Notes: generated by a model from the letters alone, not told the origin. A stretch of 64,000 nt of DNA from an uncultured Actinomycetes bacterium (GCA_963755025.1 CAVWIH010000014.1:256001-320000), one strand, 5' to 3'; positions 1 through 8,509 are shown, counted from the stretch's first letter. Numbers and translations: made by a program.

Positions 1-61
1 GACTCCTCCTTCGAGCTCGCACGCACGCGGTCCGCGCCGGCTCTAGCCGGCGTCGGCCCTG

Positions 62-592
62 TCAGATGAACAGGTTGACGTTAGCCTCGTCGGCCTCGCC
101 CAGGTACGAGCCCACGCCGGCGAACTCGAGGCCGTCCATGAGCTCCTCTTCGCGCAGGCCCATGACGTCCATCGACATGGTGCAGGCGACCATCTTGATG
201 CCCTGTTCCCTGGCGCTCTCGATGAGCTCGTCGAGGGTCATGACGTTGTTGTCCTTCATGACCTTCTTCATGAGGGGCGCGCCCATGCCGGCGAAGTTCA
301 TCTTCGACAGGCCGAGCTTGTTGGCGCCCCGCGGCATCATCTTGCCGAACATCGCCTGCAGCGCCGACTTCTTCTTGCCGACCTGCACCTTCTCCGCCTT
401 GCGCAGGGCGTTCAGGCCCCAGAAGGTGAAGAACATGGTGACGTCGTCGCCCATGGCCGCGGCGCCGTTGGCGATGATGAAGGCGGCCATCATCTTGTCG
501 AAGTCGCCGCTGAACACGATGATCGTCTTCTTCGTGGTGCGCACGTCGACCGAGTCGGCGCTCTCCATGACGGCTTGTGTCTGGTCGTCCAT
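62..592 (-). CDS. DsrE/DsrF/DrsH-like (DsrE2-type) sulfur carrier protein
   Basis: Motifs IIVFSGDFDK, MFFTFWGL, ACTMSMDVMG and C-terminal NLFI typical of the DrsE_2 family; AAGGAG RBS upstream. Confidence 0.9.
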   Translation of the reverse strand: MDDQTQAVMESADSVDVRTTKKTIIVFSGDFDKMMAAFIIANGAAAMGDDVTMFFTFWGLNALRKAEKVQVGKKKSALQAMFGKMMPRGANKLGLSKMNFAGMGAPLMKKVMKDNNVMTLDELIESAREQGIKMVACTMSMDVMGLREEELMDGLEFAGVGSYLGEADEANVNLFI

Positions 593-605
593 CAAGTGCT
601 CTCCT

Positions 606-1583
606 TCAAGATGCGTAGGCTGCGCGCAGGTACTGCGAGATGTCCTTGAAGCGCATGGTGTCGCCGGCCGCGTTGCTCAGGTTCACGAAGCACATGGGGC
701 ACATGGTGACCGCGTCGGGCGCGGCCTCGCGGAGCTGCGCGACGCGCTTCTCCGCGTTGGCGATCGCCTTGGCCGGGTAGAGCGACTCGACGGGGCCGCC
801 GCAGCACCAGGTCTGGCGGCCCGAGTTCTCGGGGTCGCGGACGGTCAGGCCGGCCGCGGCGAGCAGCTCGCGCGGCTCGTCGACGATGCCCTCGTAGCGG
901 GCAAAGACGCAGGAGTCGTGCACCACGATCTCGCCCGAGAGCGCCCTGGCGGTGTGGCCGTTCGCGCCGAAGCCCTTCTCGACCAGCACCTCGAGGTAGC
1001 TCTTCACCTCGACGTCGTAGCCGCTCAGGATCTTGGGATAGACGCTGCGCAGCATGGTCGTGGTGTGCGGGTCGATGGTGATCACGGTCTTCACGCCGCG
1101 CGCTTTGAACGCGGCGTGGACCTTCTTGGCGTGCTCGACCACGACCTCGTCGAGGCCCAGGTCGTAGGCCAGGGCGCCCGAGTAGAGGTCGTCCTCGTAC
1201 AGGGCTCCGAACTGCACGCCGGCCTTGCGCAACAGGTGGACGACGTTGACCGGCACCTGGTCGTAGACGGCGCGCTCCGCTGCCGAGGGCCGTGCCATGA
1301 ACGCGGAGATGTTGAGCATGCGGTTCACGCGACGGCCCAGGCCGGTGTACTTGCCGAGCCACGAGTCGCCGAACTTGATCTCCGCCTTCACGAGGCCCTC
1401 GATGTACGGGATGAGCTGGTACATCAGCCCCGTATAGAGCACGGTCTCCCCGCCGCGCGGCAGGTCGAGGCCCTCGGTCCACTTGGTAGCCACCCGGGTC
1501 GACAGGGGAAGCACCGACTTTCGCAGGCGCAGGTTGTCGCCCAGGATGCCGATCACGTCACCGGTAGGAAGAGGCATCGTCAT
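606..1583 (-). CDS. CCG-domain (Fe-S)-binding protein, HdrB/HdrD-like
   Basis: HDSC...WCCGG...CPMC cysteine-rich CCG domain in the C-terminal half; overlaps the upstream 4Fe-4S gene. Confidence 0.85.
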   Translation of the reverse strand: MTMPLPTGDVIGILGDNLRLRKSVLPLSTRVATKWTEGLDLPRGGETVLYTGLMYQLIPYIEGLVKAEIKFGDSWLGKYTGLGRRVNRMLNISAFMARPSAAERAVYDQVPVNVVHLLRKAGVQFGALYEDDLYSGALAYDLGLDEVVVEHAKKVHAAFKARGVKTVITIDPHTTTMLRSVYPKILSGYDVEVKSYLEVLVEKGFGANGHTARALSGEIVVHDSCVFARYEGIVDEPRELLAAAGLTVRDPENSGRQTWCCGGPVESLYPAKAIANAEKRVAQLREAAPDAVTMCPMCFVNLSNAAGDTMRFKDISQYLRAAYAS

Positions 1584-1894
1584 CCCTCCCCAAGGCCGTA
1601 GCTGGTTCGCACGATGTGGTGCCGCAGCGTGCGCACGTTCTCGGCGATGTGCACGCCCGCGGGGCAGTTCTCTTCACACATCTTGCAGAGCAGGCAGGAG
1701 AAGACGCTTTCGGTCTCCGCCCTGACCCTGGTCTCCATGCCGAGGAGCACGTACCGGAACAGTTTGCGCACCTCGGCGTCGACGCCCATCGGACAGATGG
1801 CGGAGCACACCCCGCAGTTCATGCAGGCGTCGGCGTTGAACTCGTCGGAGCGCGCCAGCTCCATCGCCAGCCCGGGGTTCACGAGAGCCGTCAT
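1580..1894 (-). CDS. 4Fe-4S dicluster protein, HdrC-like
   Basis: CMNCGVCSAICP and CLLCKMCEENCP ferredoxin motifs. Confidence 0.88.
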   Translation of the reverse strand: MTALVNPGLAMELARSDEFNADACMNCGVCSAICPMGVDAEVRKLFRYVLLGMETRVRAETESVFSCLLCKMCEENCPAGVHIAENVRTLRHHIVRTSYGLGEG

Positions 1895-2190
1895 GAGCCC
1901 TCCCTCTCCACCACTTGGTAGCGGTAGTAGCCTTCGTCGTTGACTTCTTTGATCTCGGCCAGCCAGCCGTACTTGCGTAGGCCCATGACCCAGAACATCG
2001 CTTCGTGGGCCGGCCGCTCGATGGCCGCCGCGATCTCGGGCACCGTGAGGGGCCCGTCGGCGAGCACGGCCAGGATGCGGCGTCGCATGACCTGCTCGTC
2101 GCGCACGATCTCGCGTACGTCGCGCTGGCCCGGCGCGGCGTCCCTGATCACAGGGCGGACCGTCGTGATCGCCTTCTCGTCAGGCGTCAT
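1891..2190 (-). CDS. small winged-helix protein in the hdr operon
   Basis: 99 aa from ATG at 2190; RRRILAVLADGPLTVPEIAAAI wHTH pattern; ATGA overlaps at both ends. Confidence 0.75.
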   Translation of the reverse strand: MTPDEKAITTVRPVIRDAAPGQRDVREIVRDEQVMRRRILAVLADGPLTVPEIAAAIERPAHEAMFWVMGLRKYGWLAEIKEVNDEGYYRYQVVEREGS

Positions 2191-3926
2191 GAGCAGGTCA
2201 CCTCCAGGAGGCCGTCGATCATGGACCTGATCTGGGCATCGGTGTAGCCCTGCAGGTCGACAGCGTCGCTGGCGCACACGGGCACGCAGCCGCCGCAGCC
2301 CTTGCAGGCCGTTCTGATGACCTGGGCAATCTGCCTGCCGTCGGCTTCGACCTGCTCGATCGCGTCGTAGGGGCAGGCCTCCTGGCACTTGCCGCACCAG
2401 GTGCAGGCCTCGGCGGCGACCAGCGCCACCATGGGGTCGAGCTCGGCGAAGCCGCGCTTGAGCATGGCGCCGCTCTGCGTGACGGCCGCAAGGCCGCTGG
2501 CGACGCTCTCGGCTGAGTTCTTGGGCGCCTGGCACGCGCCGCAGATGAGCACGCCGTCGACGATCGTCTCGACGGGTCGCAGCTTGGGGTGGATCTCGTT
2601 GTAGAAGCCGTCGTTGCCCACCGGAAGCTTGAGGACGCCGGTGAGCTCGGCGTTCTCGCGCGGCACCATGCCGGTGACGAGCACGACGAGGTCGGCCGGA
2701 ATGGCCACCTCTTCCCCGCCGGTCAGCAGGTCGTTCGTGGTGACCTTGAGACCGCCGGAGGAGAGTCTCTCGACCGCCGGCGGCTCGTCGTCGGGCACCC
2801 GCAGGTAGAGCGAGCCCTTCTCGCGCGACTCGCTCCACAGCAGCTCGTACTTGCCGTAGGTGCGCATGTCGCGGTAGAGGTGGTACTGACGCAGCCCGGG
2901 GTCGCCCTTGGCGGCCGCCTCGAGCGCGGTGTGCACCGCAGACGTGCAGCAGTAGCGCGAGCAGTAGGTGTGAGCGCCGTCTAAGCTCTCGTCCTGACGG
3001 CTGCCGACGCAGTAGACGTAGGCGATGGTCTTCACCGGCCGGCCGTTGTACTGCAGCGGGCCGTCCGCTGCGTCGACCATCGTCTTGAACTGCGGCAGCG
3101 TCACCACGCCGTCCAGGCCGTAACCGAACTCGCCGGCCGTCGGCTCGTAGTCGTCGAAGCCGGTGGCGGCGACGATCGAGCCGACGTCGAGCTGGATCGT
3201 CTCGAGCTGGTCGCCGTGAATGGCGATAGTCACCTGGTTGTTGCCAAAGCTGCCGCTCTTGGCCATCAGCTCGGCATTGGTGAACACGGTGATCGCCGGG
3301 TTGGCGCGCACCCTCTCCTCGAGCGTGGCCACCAGGTCAGAGCCCTTGCGGCCTTGCGGGAACATGGGGCCGTACGCGGCCACACGGCCGCCGAGCCGGG
3401 CCTCTTTCTCGACCAGGAAGACGGTGAGGCCGATCTCCGCCAGCCCCAGCGCCGCACGCAGGCCGGCGATGCCGCCGCCCACGACGAGGCTCTTGGGCGT
3501 CGTCTCGACGACGATCGGTTCGAGCGGTTCGGTGAGGCGCGTGCGGTTGATGCCGGCGCGCACAAGGCGCACCGCCTTTTCGGTGGCGCCGGTCTTGTCG
3601 TCGGTGTGCGTCCAGGAGCACTGCTCGCGCACGTTCACCTGCGTGTACTGGAAGGGGTTCATGCCGGCGCGCTTGGCGACGTCGCGGAACGTCAGCGTGT
3701 GCAGCTTGGGAGAACAGGAGGCCACGACGAGGGCGTCGAGGCCCTGCTCCTGGGCATCCTGCACGATCTCCTGCTGGGTCGCGTCGGAGCAGGTGAACAT
3801 CGCGGAGCGGGCGACCACGACGTCGTCGTCCCCCTTGATCTCGGCGACGACCTTGTCGACGTCGACGTAGTCGCCGATGTTGCCGCCGCACTGGCAGACG
3901 TACACGCCGATCTTGCGGCCGCTCAT
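2187..3926 (-). CDS. hdrA: heterodisulfide reductase subunit A-like flavoprotein (579 aa)
   Basis: N-terminal IGVYVCQCGGNI, VVASCSP, GGGIAG FAD motif, CVGSR..CSRYCC, C-terminal 2x[4Fe-4S]; start ATG at 3926. Confidence 0.9.
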   Translation of the reverse strand: MSGRKIGVYVCQCGGNIGDYVDVDKVVAEIKGDDDVVVARSAMFTCSDATQQEIVQDAQEQGLDALVVASCSPKLHTLTFRDVAKRAGMNPFQYTQVNVREQCSWTHTDDKTGATEKAVRLVRAGINRTRLTEPLEPIVVETTPKSLVVGGGIAGLRAALGLAEIGLTVFLVEKEARLGGRVAAYGPMFPQGRKGSDLVATLEERVRANPAITVFTNAELMAKSGSFGNNQVTIAIHGDQLETIQLDVGSIVAATGFDDYEPTAGEFGYGLDGVVTLPQFKTMVDAADGPLQYNGRPVKTIAYVYCVGSRQDESLDGAHTYCSRYCCTSAVHTALEAAAKGDPGLRQYHLYRDMRTYGKYELLWSESREKGSLYLRVPDDEPPAVERLSSGGLKVTTNDLLTGGEEVAIPADLVVLVTGMVPRENAELTGVLKLPVGNDGFYNEIHPKLRPVETIVDGVLICGACQAPKNSAESVASGLAAVTQSGAMLKRGFAELDPMVALVAAEACTWCGKCQEACPYDAIEQVEADGRQIAQVIRTACKGCGGCVPVCASDAVDLQGYTDAQIRSMIDGLLEVTCS

Positions 3927-6646
3927 GACGCCACCTTCGCTTTCGCCGCTTCGCTCACGTGCGCTCGCTCCAGGTGGGCTGCGGCCTGTGCGACCGCGGC
4001 GCCCGCGTGGAGGATCGAGTCGGGGATGTCCTTGGCCCCGGCGGCCGCGCCGGCGACGAATACGCCGGGGAGGTTGGTGCGACCGGGGTCGAGGTCTTCG
4101 TCGGCCTCGCCGACGTAGAAGTAGTCGTCGAGCGCGAGGGCGCCGTCGCCGTCGCCGAACAGTTCGGCGACCCCGAGGCTGGGCTGCACGCCGACCGCGA
4201 GGACGACCATGTCGTGCTCGGTCTCGGCGAGCGTGCCGCCGTTCTCGATGTCTTCGTAGCGCAGCACGAGGTTGCCCTCGCCCGTCTCGGTGATGCCCGA
4301 GACACGGCCCTTCACGAAGTTGGCGCCCATGTCTTTGGCCTGCTGGTAGAACTCGTCGTAGCCCTTGCCGACCGAGCGCACGTCGATGTAGTAGACGGTG
4401 ACGTCGGCGAGGGGCAAGGCGCCCATGATGAGCTGGTTCTGCTTGACCGAGTACATGCAGCAGATCTTGGAGCACAGCGGGTTGTCGACGGTCTCGTCGC
4501 GCGACCCGGTGCACATGACGTAGGCGATGTTGTCCGGCACCTTGCCGTCGCTGGGGCGCAGCACCGCGTTGTAGGGCCGCGTCGGCGCCAGCAGGCGGTC
4601 CATCTGCATGCCGGTGATCACGTTCTTGTACCGGCCGTACCCGTACTGCGGCTTGGCGTCGGCCGGGAAGAGCCTGAAGCCGGTGGCCAGCACCACGGTG
4701 CCGACCTCGGCCTCGAACTCGCGCTCGCGGTCGTCGAGGTTGATGGCGTCGGCGGGACAGACGTCGACGCAGGCGTGGCACTCCGAGCAGACGCCGCAGT
4801 CGAGGCAGCGGGCGGCGCCGAGGAACGCTTCGTCCTCGGTCAGTGTGGCCTCGGTCTCGGCGAAGTCGCTCGGCGAGGCGCTCATGGCGGCGCTCGACTC
4901 GAGCGGCTCGCGCCGGTCGTAGACGTCTTGCCGGCGAAGCACCGTGTCCTTGTCGACGACGGCCAGAGCCTCGTCGAAGGCGTCCGCGTCCATCGCGGCG
5001 CCCTGCAGGTAACGGTCGATCATGAAGGCGGCGCGGCGGCCGTGGCCGACGGCGCTGTTGATCATCGTGGGGCCGGTGACCACGTCGCCGGCGGCAAAGA
5101 CGTGCGGCACGGCGGTCTGCAGCGTGGCGGGGTCGGCCTTGAGGGTGTGGTTGCCGTTGGTCTCGAGGCCGAACGCCGCCGTGTCGGCGCCCATGCCGGC
5201 GGCGACGATCACGACGTCGCACTCAAGGGACTTGTGCTGACTCTCGTCGTACTCGGGCCTGAAACGGCCGTCGGGGTCGAAGACGCAGGTGCAGACCTTG
5301 AGGTCGGCGCCCTGCACGTGGCCCTCGCCGGTGAAGTGATCGATGCCCCAGCCGTCGTGCAGGGTGATGCCCTCGGCCCTGGCCTCTGCGACTTCGAAGT
5401 CGTGGGCCGGCATCTCTTCGCAGCATTCCAGGCTGACCTGGTCGACCGACGCGGCGTCGAGGCGGCGCGCCGTGCGCGCCGCGTCGATGGCGACGTTGCC
5501 GCCGCCGACCACCAGCACGCGTTTGCCGGCCACGTCGACGGCTTCGCCGAGCTTGACGGCGCGCAGGAACTCGAGCGCGGTCTGCACGCCGGCGAGCTCC
5601 TCGCCCGGCACGCGCAGACTCACGGACTTGTGGGTGCCCGTCGCCACAAGGACGGCGTCGAAGCCGTCGTTCTTGAGACCCGCGACGTCGTCGACCCGCG
5701 TGGCGGTCGCGATCTCGACACCGATCGCGGTGACGTTGGCGATGTCGTCGTCGATCACGTCGTTGGGCAGCCGGTATGCGGGGATGCCGAGGCGCAGCAT
5801 GCCGCCGGCCTGCGGGGCTGATTCAAAGATCTTGACGCCGTAACCCTTGCGCGCAAGCTGCCAGGCGGCGGTCAGGCCGGCCGGACCCGAGCCCACGACG
5901 GCGACCTTCTTGCCGTTCTGCTCGGGCTGCTCGAGAGGCTTCAGCTCTGCCTGCCCGTAGTGCCGGTCGGCGATGAAGCGCTTGAGCCGGCGAATGGGCA
6001 GCGGGCCCTCGAGCTCGCCGCGCGTGCACTGCTCTTCGCAGGGCGCGTAGCAGGCGCGCCCAAGCGAGCCGACCAGCGGCGTCGTCTCGAGCACCAGGCC
6101 AAAGGCCTCTTCGTATTCGCCGCTGCGCACGCGGGCCACGTAGCCGTGCGCCTTGATGCCCGCGGGGCACTCGTAGGTGCACGGCGAGACGCCGGCGCGG
6201 TCGATGACCGCCTTCTTGGGCACCGCCTGCGGAAAGGCGATGTAGGCGGCGCGGCGCGACACCATGTCGGCGTTGAACTCGTCGGGTACCGCCACGTTGC
6301 AGGCCATCTCGCACAGCCGGCAGCCGGTGCAGGCGGCCTCGTCGATGAACTTGGGCTTCTGGCGGATGGTGGCATGGTAGCCGCCGTTGCCGTCGGCGCG
6401 GATGCCGTCGACCTCGGCGTAGGTGAGCACGTCGATGTTGGGGTGGTGGACGGTGGCGGCCATCTTCGGGGTGGAGATGCAGCTCGCGCAGTCGAGCGTT
6501 GGAAAGACCTTGCTGAGCAGGATCATCTTGCCGCCCACGCTGGCCTGCTTTTCGACGACGAGCACCTTGTAGCCCATGTCGCCGAGCTTGAGGGCCGACT
6601 CCATGCCGCCGATGCCGCTGCCTACTACAAGAGCGTCGTACTTCAT
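3923..6646 (-). CDS. hdrA: HdrA-like flavoprotein with inserted GltD-type NAD(P)H oxidoreductase module (HdrL-like, 907 aa)
   Basis: VVGSGIGG, FPTLDCASC, ferredoxin motif, then SPCTYECP/GRACYAPC/VVGSGPAG/GGGNVAID GltD-like block, then CTGSRD..CSKICC HdrA C-terminal part. Confidence 0.88.
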   Translation of the reverse strand: MKYDALVVGSGIGGMESALKLGDMGYKVLVVEKQASVGGKMILLSKVFPTLDCASCISTPKMAATVHHPNIDVLTYAEVDGIRADGNGGYHATIRQKPKFIDEAACTGCRLCEMACNVAVPDEFNADMVSRRAAYIAFPQAVPKKAVIDRAGVSPCTYECPAGIKAHGYVARVRSGEYEEAFGLVLETTPLVGSLGRACYAPCEEQCTRGELEGPLPIRRLKRFIADRHYGQAELKPLEQPEQNGKKVAVVGSGPAGLTAAWQLARKGYGVKIFESAPQAGGMLRLGIPAYRLPNDVIDDDIANVTAIGVEIATATRVDDVAGLKNDGFDAVLVATGTHKSVSLRVPGEELAGVQTALEFLRAVKLGEAVDVAGKRVLVVGGGNVAIDAARTARRLDAASVDQVSLECCEEMPAHDFEVAEARAEGITLHDGWGIDHFTGEGHVQGADLKVCTCVFDPDGRFRPEYDESQHKSLECDVVIVAAGMGADTAAFGLETNGNHTLKADPATLQTAVPHVFAAGDVVTGPTMINSAVGHGRRAAFMIDRYLQGAAMDADAFDEALAVVDKDTVLRRQDVYDRREPLESSAAMSASPSDFAETEATLTEDEAFLGAARCLDCGVCSECHACVDVCPADAINLDDREREFEAEVGTVVLATGFRLFPADAKPQYGYGRYKNVITGMQMDRLLAPTRPYNAVLRPSDGKVPDNIAYVMCTGSRDETVDNPLCSKICCMYSVKQNQLIMGALPLADVTVYYIDVRSVGKGYDEFYQQAKDMGANFVKGRVSGITETGEGNLVLRYEDIENGGTLAETEHDMVVLAVGVQPSLGVAELFGDGDGALALDDYFYVGEADEDLDPGRTNLPGVFVAGAAAGAKDIPDSILHAGAAVAQAAAHLERAHVSEAAKAKVAS

Positions 6647-7113
6647 GCTGCCGATGCCTTTCGCGACGGGCCCAGCTTGGTCAGGACCGCGGAGAACTCG
6701 TGCATGTAGTTGGTGAAGGGCTCCGCGCAGACCGAGCAGATGGCCGCCATGCGCAGGCGTTGCGGCTCGTAACCGTGGTCGACGAGCAGCGTCTGGGCGG
6801 CGGCCATGATCTGCGAGGTGCGTTCGCTGCAGTCGGACAGGTAGGCGCACTCGTCGCCGTCGGCGGCGACGAAGACGCCGTCGAAGCCCTGCTGCACGGC
6901 GTAGAGCGCCCAGCTCGGCTTGATGCCGCTCGTGCAGGGCACGCTGATCACCATGACGTTGGGCGAGTAGTGCATGTGCGAGCTGCCCGCCAGGTCGATC
7001 CCCGGGTCGGAGATGTTGTTGGTGGACAGCACCAGGATACGGGGCACGAAGCTGTCGTCCCCGCCGTGCGCCGACGCAGCCGCGTCGACCGCCGTTGCGG
7101 CATCGGGCGCCAC
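6643..7113 (-). CDS. mvhD: MvhD/FlpD-like hydrogenase iron-sulfur subunit (atypical cysteines)
   Basis: DLAGSSHMHYSPNV..VPCTSG..GFDGVFVA..ECAY..RLRMAAI; GTG start overlaps the tusA stop. Confidence 0.75.
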   Translation of the reverse strand: MAPDAATAVDAAASAHGGDDSFVPRILVLSTNNISDPGIDLAGSSHMHYSPNVMVISVPCTSGIKPSWALYAVQQGFDGVFVAADGDECAYLSDCSERTSQIMAAAQTLLVDHGYEPQRLRMAAICSVCAEPFTNYMHEFSAVLTKLGPSRKASAA

Positions 7114-7364
7114 TACTTCATCTTCCTGACGTAGAGCTTCATGAAGCCGGGCTCTTCGACGGTGCCGAGGAACTCGTGGCCCATCTTCTTGCACCACGCC
7201 GGGAGGTCTTTCTGCGTGCCCGTGTCGGTGGCCATGACCTCCATGACGCCACCCACGGAGACGCTGGGAATGCCCTTCTTGGCGGCCAGGATGGGGCCTG
7301 GGCACGAGGTGCCTCTGGCGTCGACTACCTTCTCGGCCTGGATCGTGGTCAGGTCTTCTGTCAT
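7113..7364 (-). CDS. tusA: sulfurtransferase TusA family protein
   Basis: VDARGTSCPGP motif, 83 aa, AAGGAGGAG RBS. Confidence 0.93.
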   Translation of the reverse strand: MTEDLTTIQAEKVVDARGTSCPGPILAAKKGIPSVSVGGVMEVMATDTGTQKDLPAWCKKMGHEFLGTVEEPGFMKLYVRKMK

Positions 7365-7487
7365 GACGGCTCCTCCTTGAGGGACGACTGCTTGTGCTTG
7401 TGCCTTCATTCGCAAAGTGGCAGGAATCCTCGGCCTGTCCCGTGCGGTCTCGAGTGGGCTTGCCCGGCGGCCCGGCAGGCGCGCCGG

Positions 7488-7865
7488 CTAGGGCGCCGGC
7501 GGCAACGGCAGGTGCTGGACCGCCTCGAGCACGCCGGGAGCGAGCAACGACTCGCCCAGCTCGCGGTGCTGCTCGATCAGGGCCTGACGAATGAGGGTGC
7601 AGCCCTGGATGAACTTGGGGTTGGTCATCGAGTAATAGACCGTCTGCGCGTCTTTACGCGGCTTGACGAGCATCTGGTCCTTGAGGACGCGCAGGTGCTG
7701 CGAGACGTTGTGCACGGAGATCCCCAGGGCCTCGGCGAGGTCGCCGACGCACAGCTCCTGCTGGCTCAGGGCGTACAAGATGCCGAGCCGGTGAGGGTTC
7801 GCCAGGGCCCTGCAGAGCTCCGCGTGCATCCTGAAGAGGGGCTCCAGGTCGGCGGCCTGCGGCAT
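7488..7865 (-). CDS. ArsR/SmtB family transcriptional regulator
   Basis: RALANPHRLGIL..ELCVGDL..NVSQHLRVL..VYYS; start uncertain (7865 or 7892). Confidence 0.88.
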   Translation of the reverse strand: MPQAADLEPLFRMHAELCRALANPHRLGILYALSQQELCVGDLAEALGISVHNVSQHLRVLKDQMLVKPRKDAQTVYYSMTNPKFIQGCTLIRQALIEQHRELGESLLAPGVLEAVQHLPLPPAP

Positions 7866-7881
7866 GGTGTGATTGTCGTTC

Positions 7882-7907
7882 CGTATTTGCATAGTTTCAT
7901 ATATACG
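7882..7907. promoter_or_regulatory. AT-rich imperfect inverted repeat, possible ArsR operator/promoter
   Basis: CGTATTTGCATAGTTTCATATATACG immediately upstream of the ArsR gene in otherwise GC-rich DNA. Confidence 0.4.
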
Positions 7908-8017
7908 CTTTACCGCAGTCACGGTCAAGCAGTTGGTCGTCGCGGCACCCCGAGCTCCGTGCACCGAGTTCGAACGGCGGCCCGCTTTGCACAAGACTCT
8001 GCGGGAACTATACTGAC

Positions 8018-8033
8018 ATACCCTAGGGGGTAT
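8018..8033. promoter_or_regulatory. CsoR/CstR-type operator, copy 1
   Basis: ATACCC-TAGG-GGGTAT palindrome upstream of the FmdB/rhodanese/lpdA unit. Confidence 0.75.
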
Positions 8034-8106
8034 ATAGGTGCCAGGTAGGCGAGGGGCTTTCGGTCACTCGAGCCGCCCTCGGCACAGAAGCGAGAAGTGA
8101 GGGATC

Positions 8107-8310
8107 GTGGCGCTGTACGACTTTGTCTGTGGCGACTGCGACCACACCTTTGAGGTGTTCTCGATCGGCTTTCTCAAAGCCGAGCAGGAGGAGTGCCCGC
8201 AGTGTGGCTCGCACAACGTTCGTCAGAAGTTCTCGAGCTTCCTGACCGCAGGTTCCGGCTCCGGCTCCGCCTCGGGCTGCGACGCGCCGTCGGGCAGCCC
8301 GTTCGGCTGA
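8107..8310 (+). CDS. FmdB family zinc-ribbon protein (possibly extended by Sec to 8316)
   Basis: YDFVCGDCDHTFE..CPQCGS zinc ribbon; GTG start with RBS; ends TGA-GGC-TGA. Confidence 0.88.
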   Translation: MALYDFVCGDCDHTFEVFSIGFLKAEQEECPQCGSHNVRQKFSSFLTAGSGSGSASGCDAPSGSPFG

Positions 8311-8322
8311 GGCTGAGACCGG

Positions 8323-8340
8323 GCGGCGCGGTCGCGCCGC
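8323..8340 (+). promoter_or_regulatory. candidate bacterial SECIS hairpin
   Basis: GCGGCGC-GGTC-GCGCCGC stem-loop; loop starts 19 nt after the TGA at 8308-8310. Confidence 0.45.
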
Positions 8341-8415
8341 AAAGGGAGCCGACCAGAGGCGGATGCGAGTCCGTGGTCTGATCCACAAGGATCACTCCAG
8401 ACAGCGAAGGGGACC

Positions 8416-8505
8416 ATGGCTACAGTGACCATCCATGCGAAGAGCCGACCGTTCGTCGGTTGCGACCGGCGGCGTCTCGCCGCGGCCCCCGGCGCCGGGA
8501 GGTAG
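8416..8505 (+). CDS. putative 29-aa upstream small ORF (MATVTIHAKSRPFVGCDRRRLAAAPGAGR)
   Basis: GAAGGGG RBS; TAG 4 nt before the rhodanese start; positional equivalent exists before the second rhodanese. Confidence 0.35.
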   Translation: MATVTIHAKSRPFVGCDRRRLAAAPGAGR

Positions 8506-8509
8506 CGCG

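Noticed and set aside
606-7113. Methanogenesis or dissimilatory sulfate reduction inferred from hdr/mvhD/dsrE
   Set aside because: No mcr, aprAB, sat or dsrAB in the window; these subunits occur in many other anaerobes
8308-8505. Double TGA readthrough fusing the FmdB protein to the in-frame uORF at 8416
   Set aside because: The frame is open, but the second TGA is only 13 nt from the hairpin loop and the uORF has its own RBS; an open frame of this length is unremarkable in GC-rich DNA
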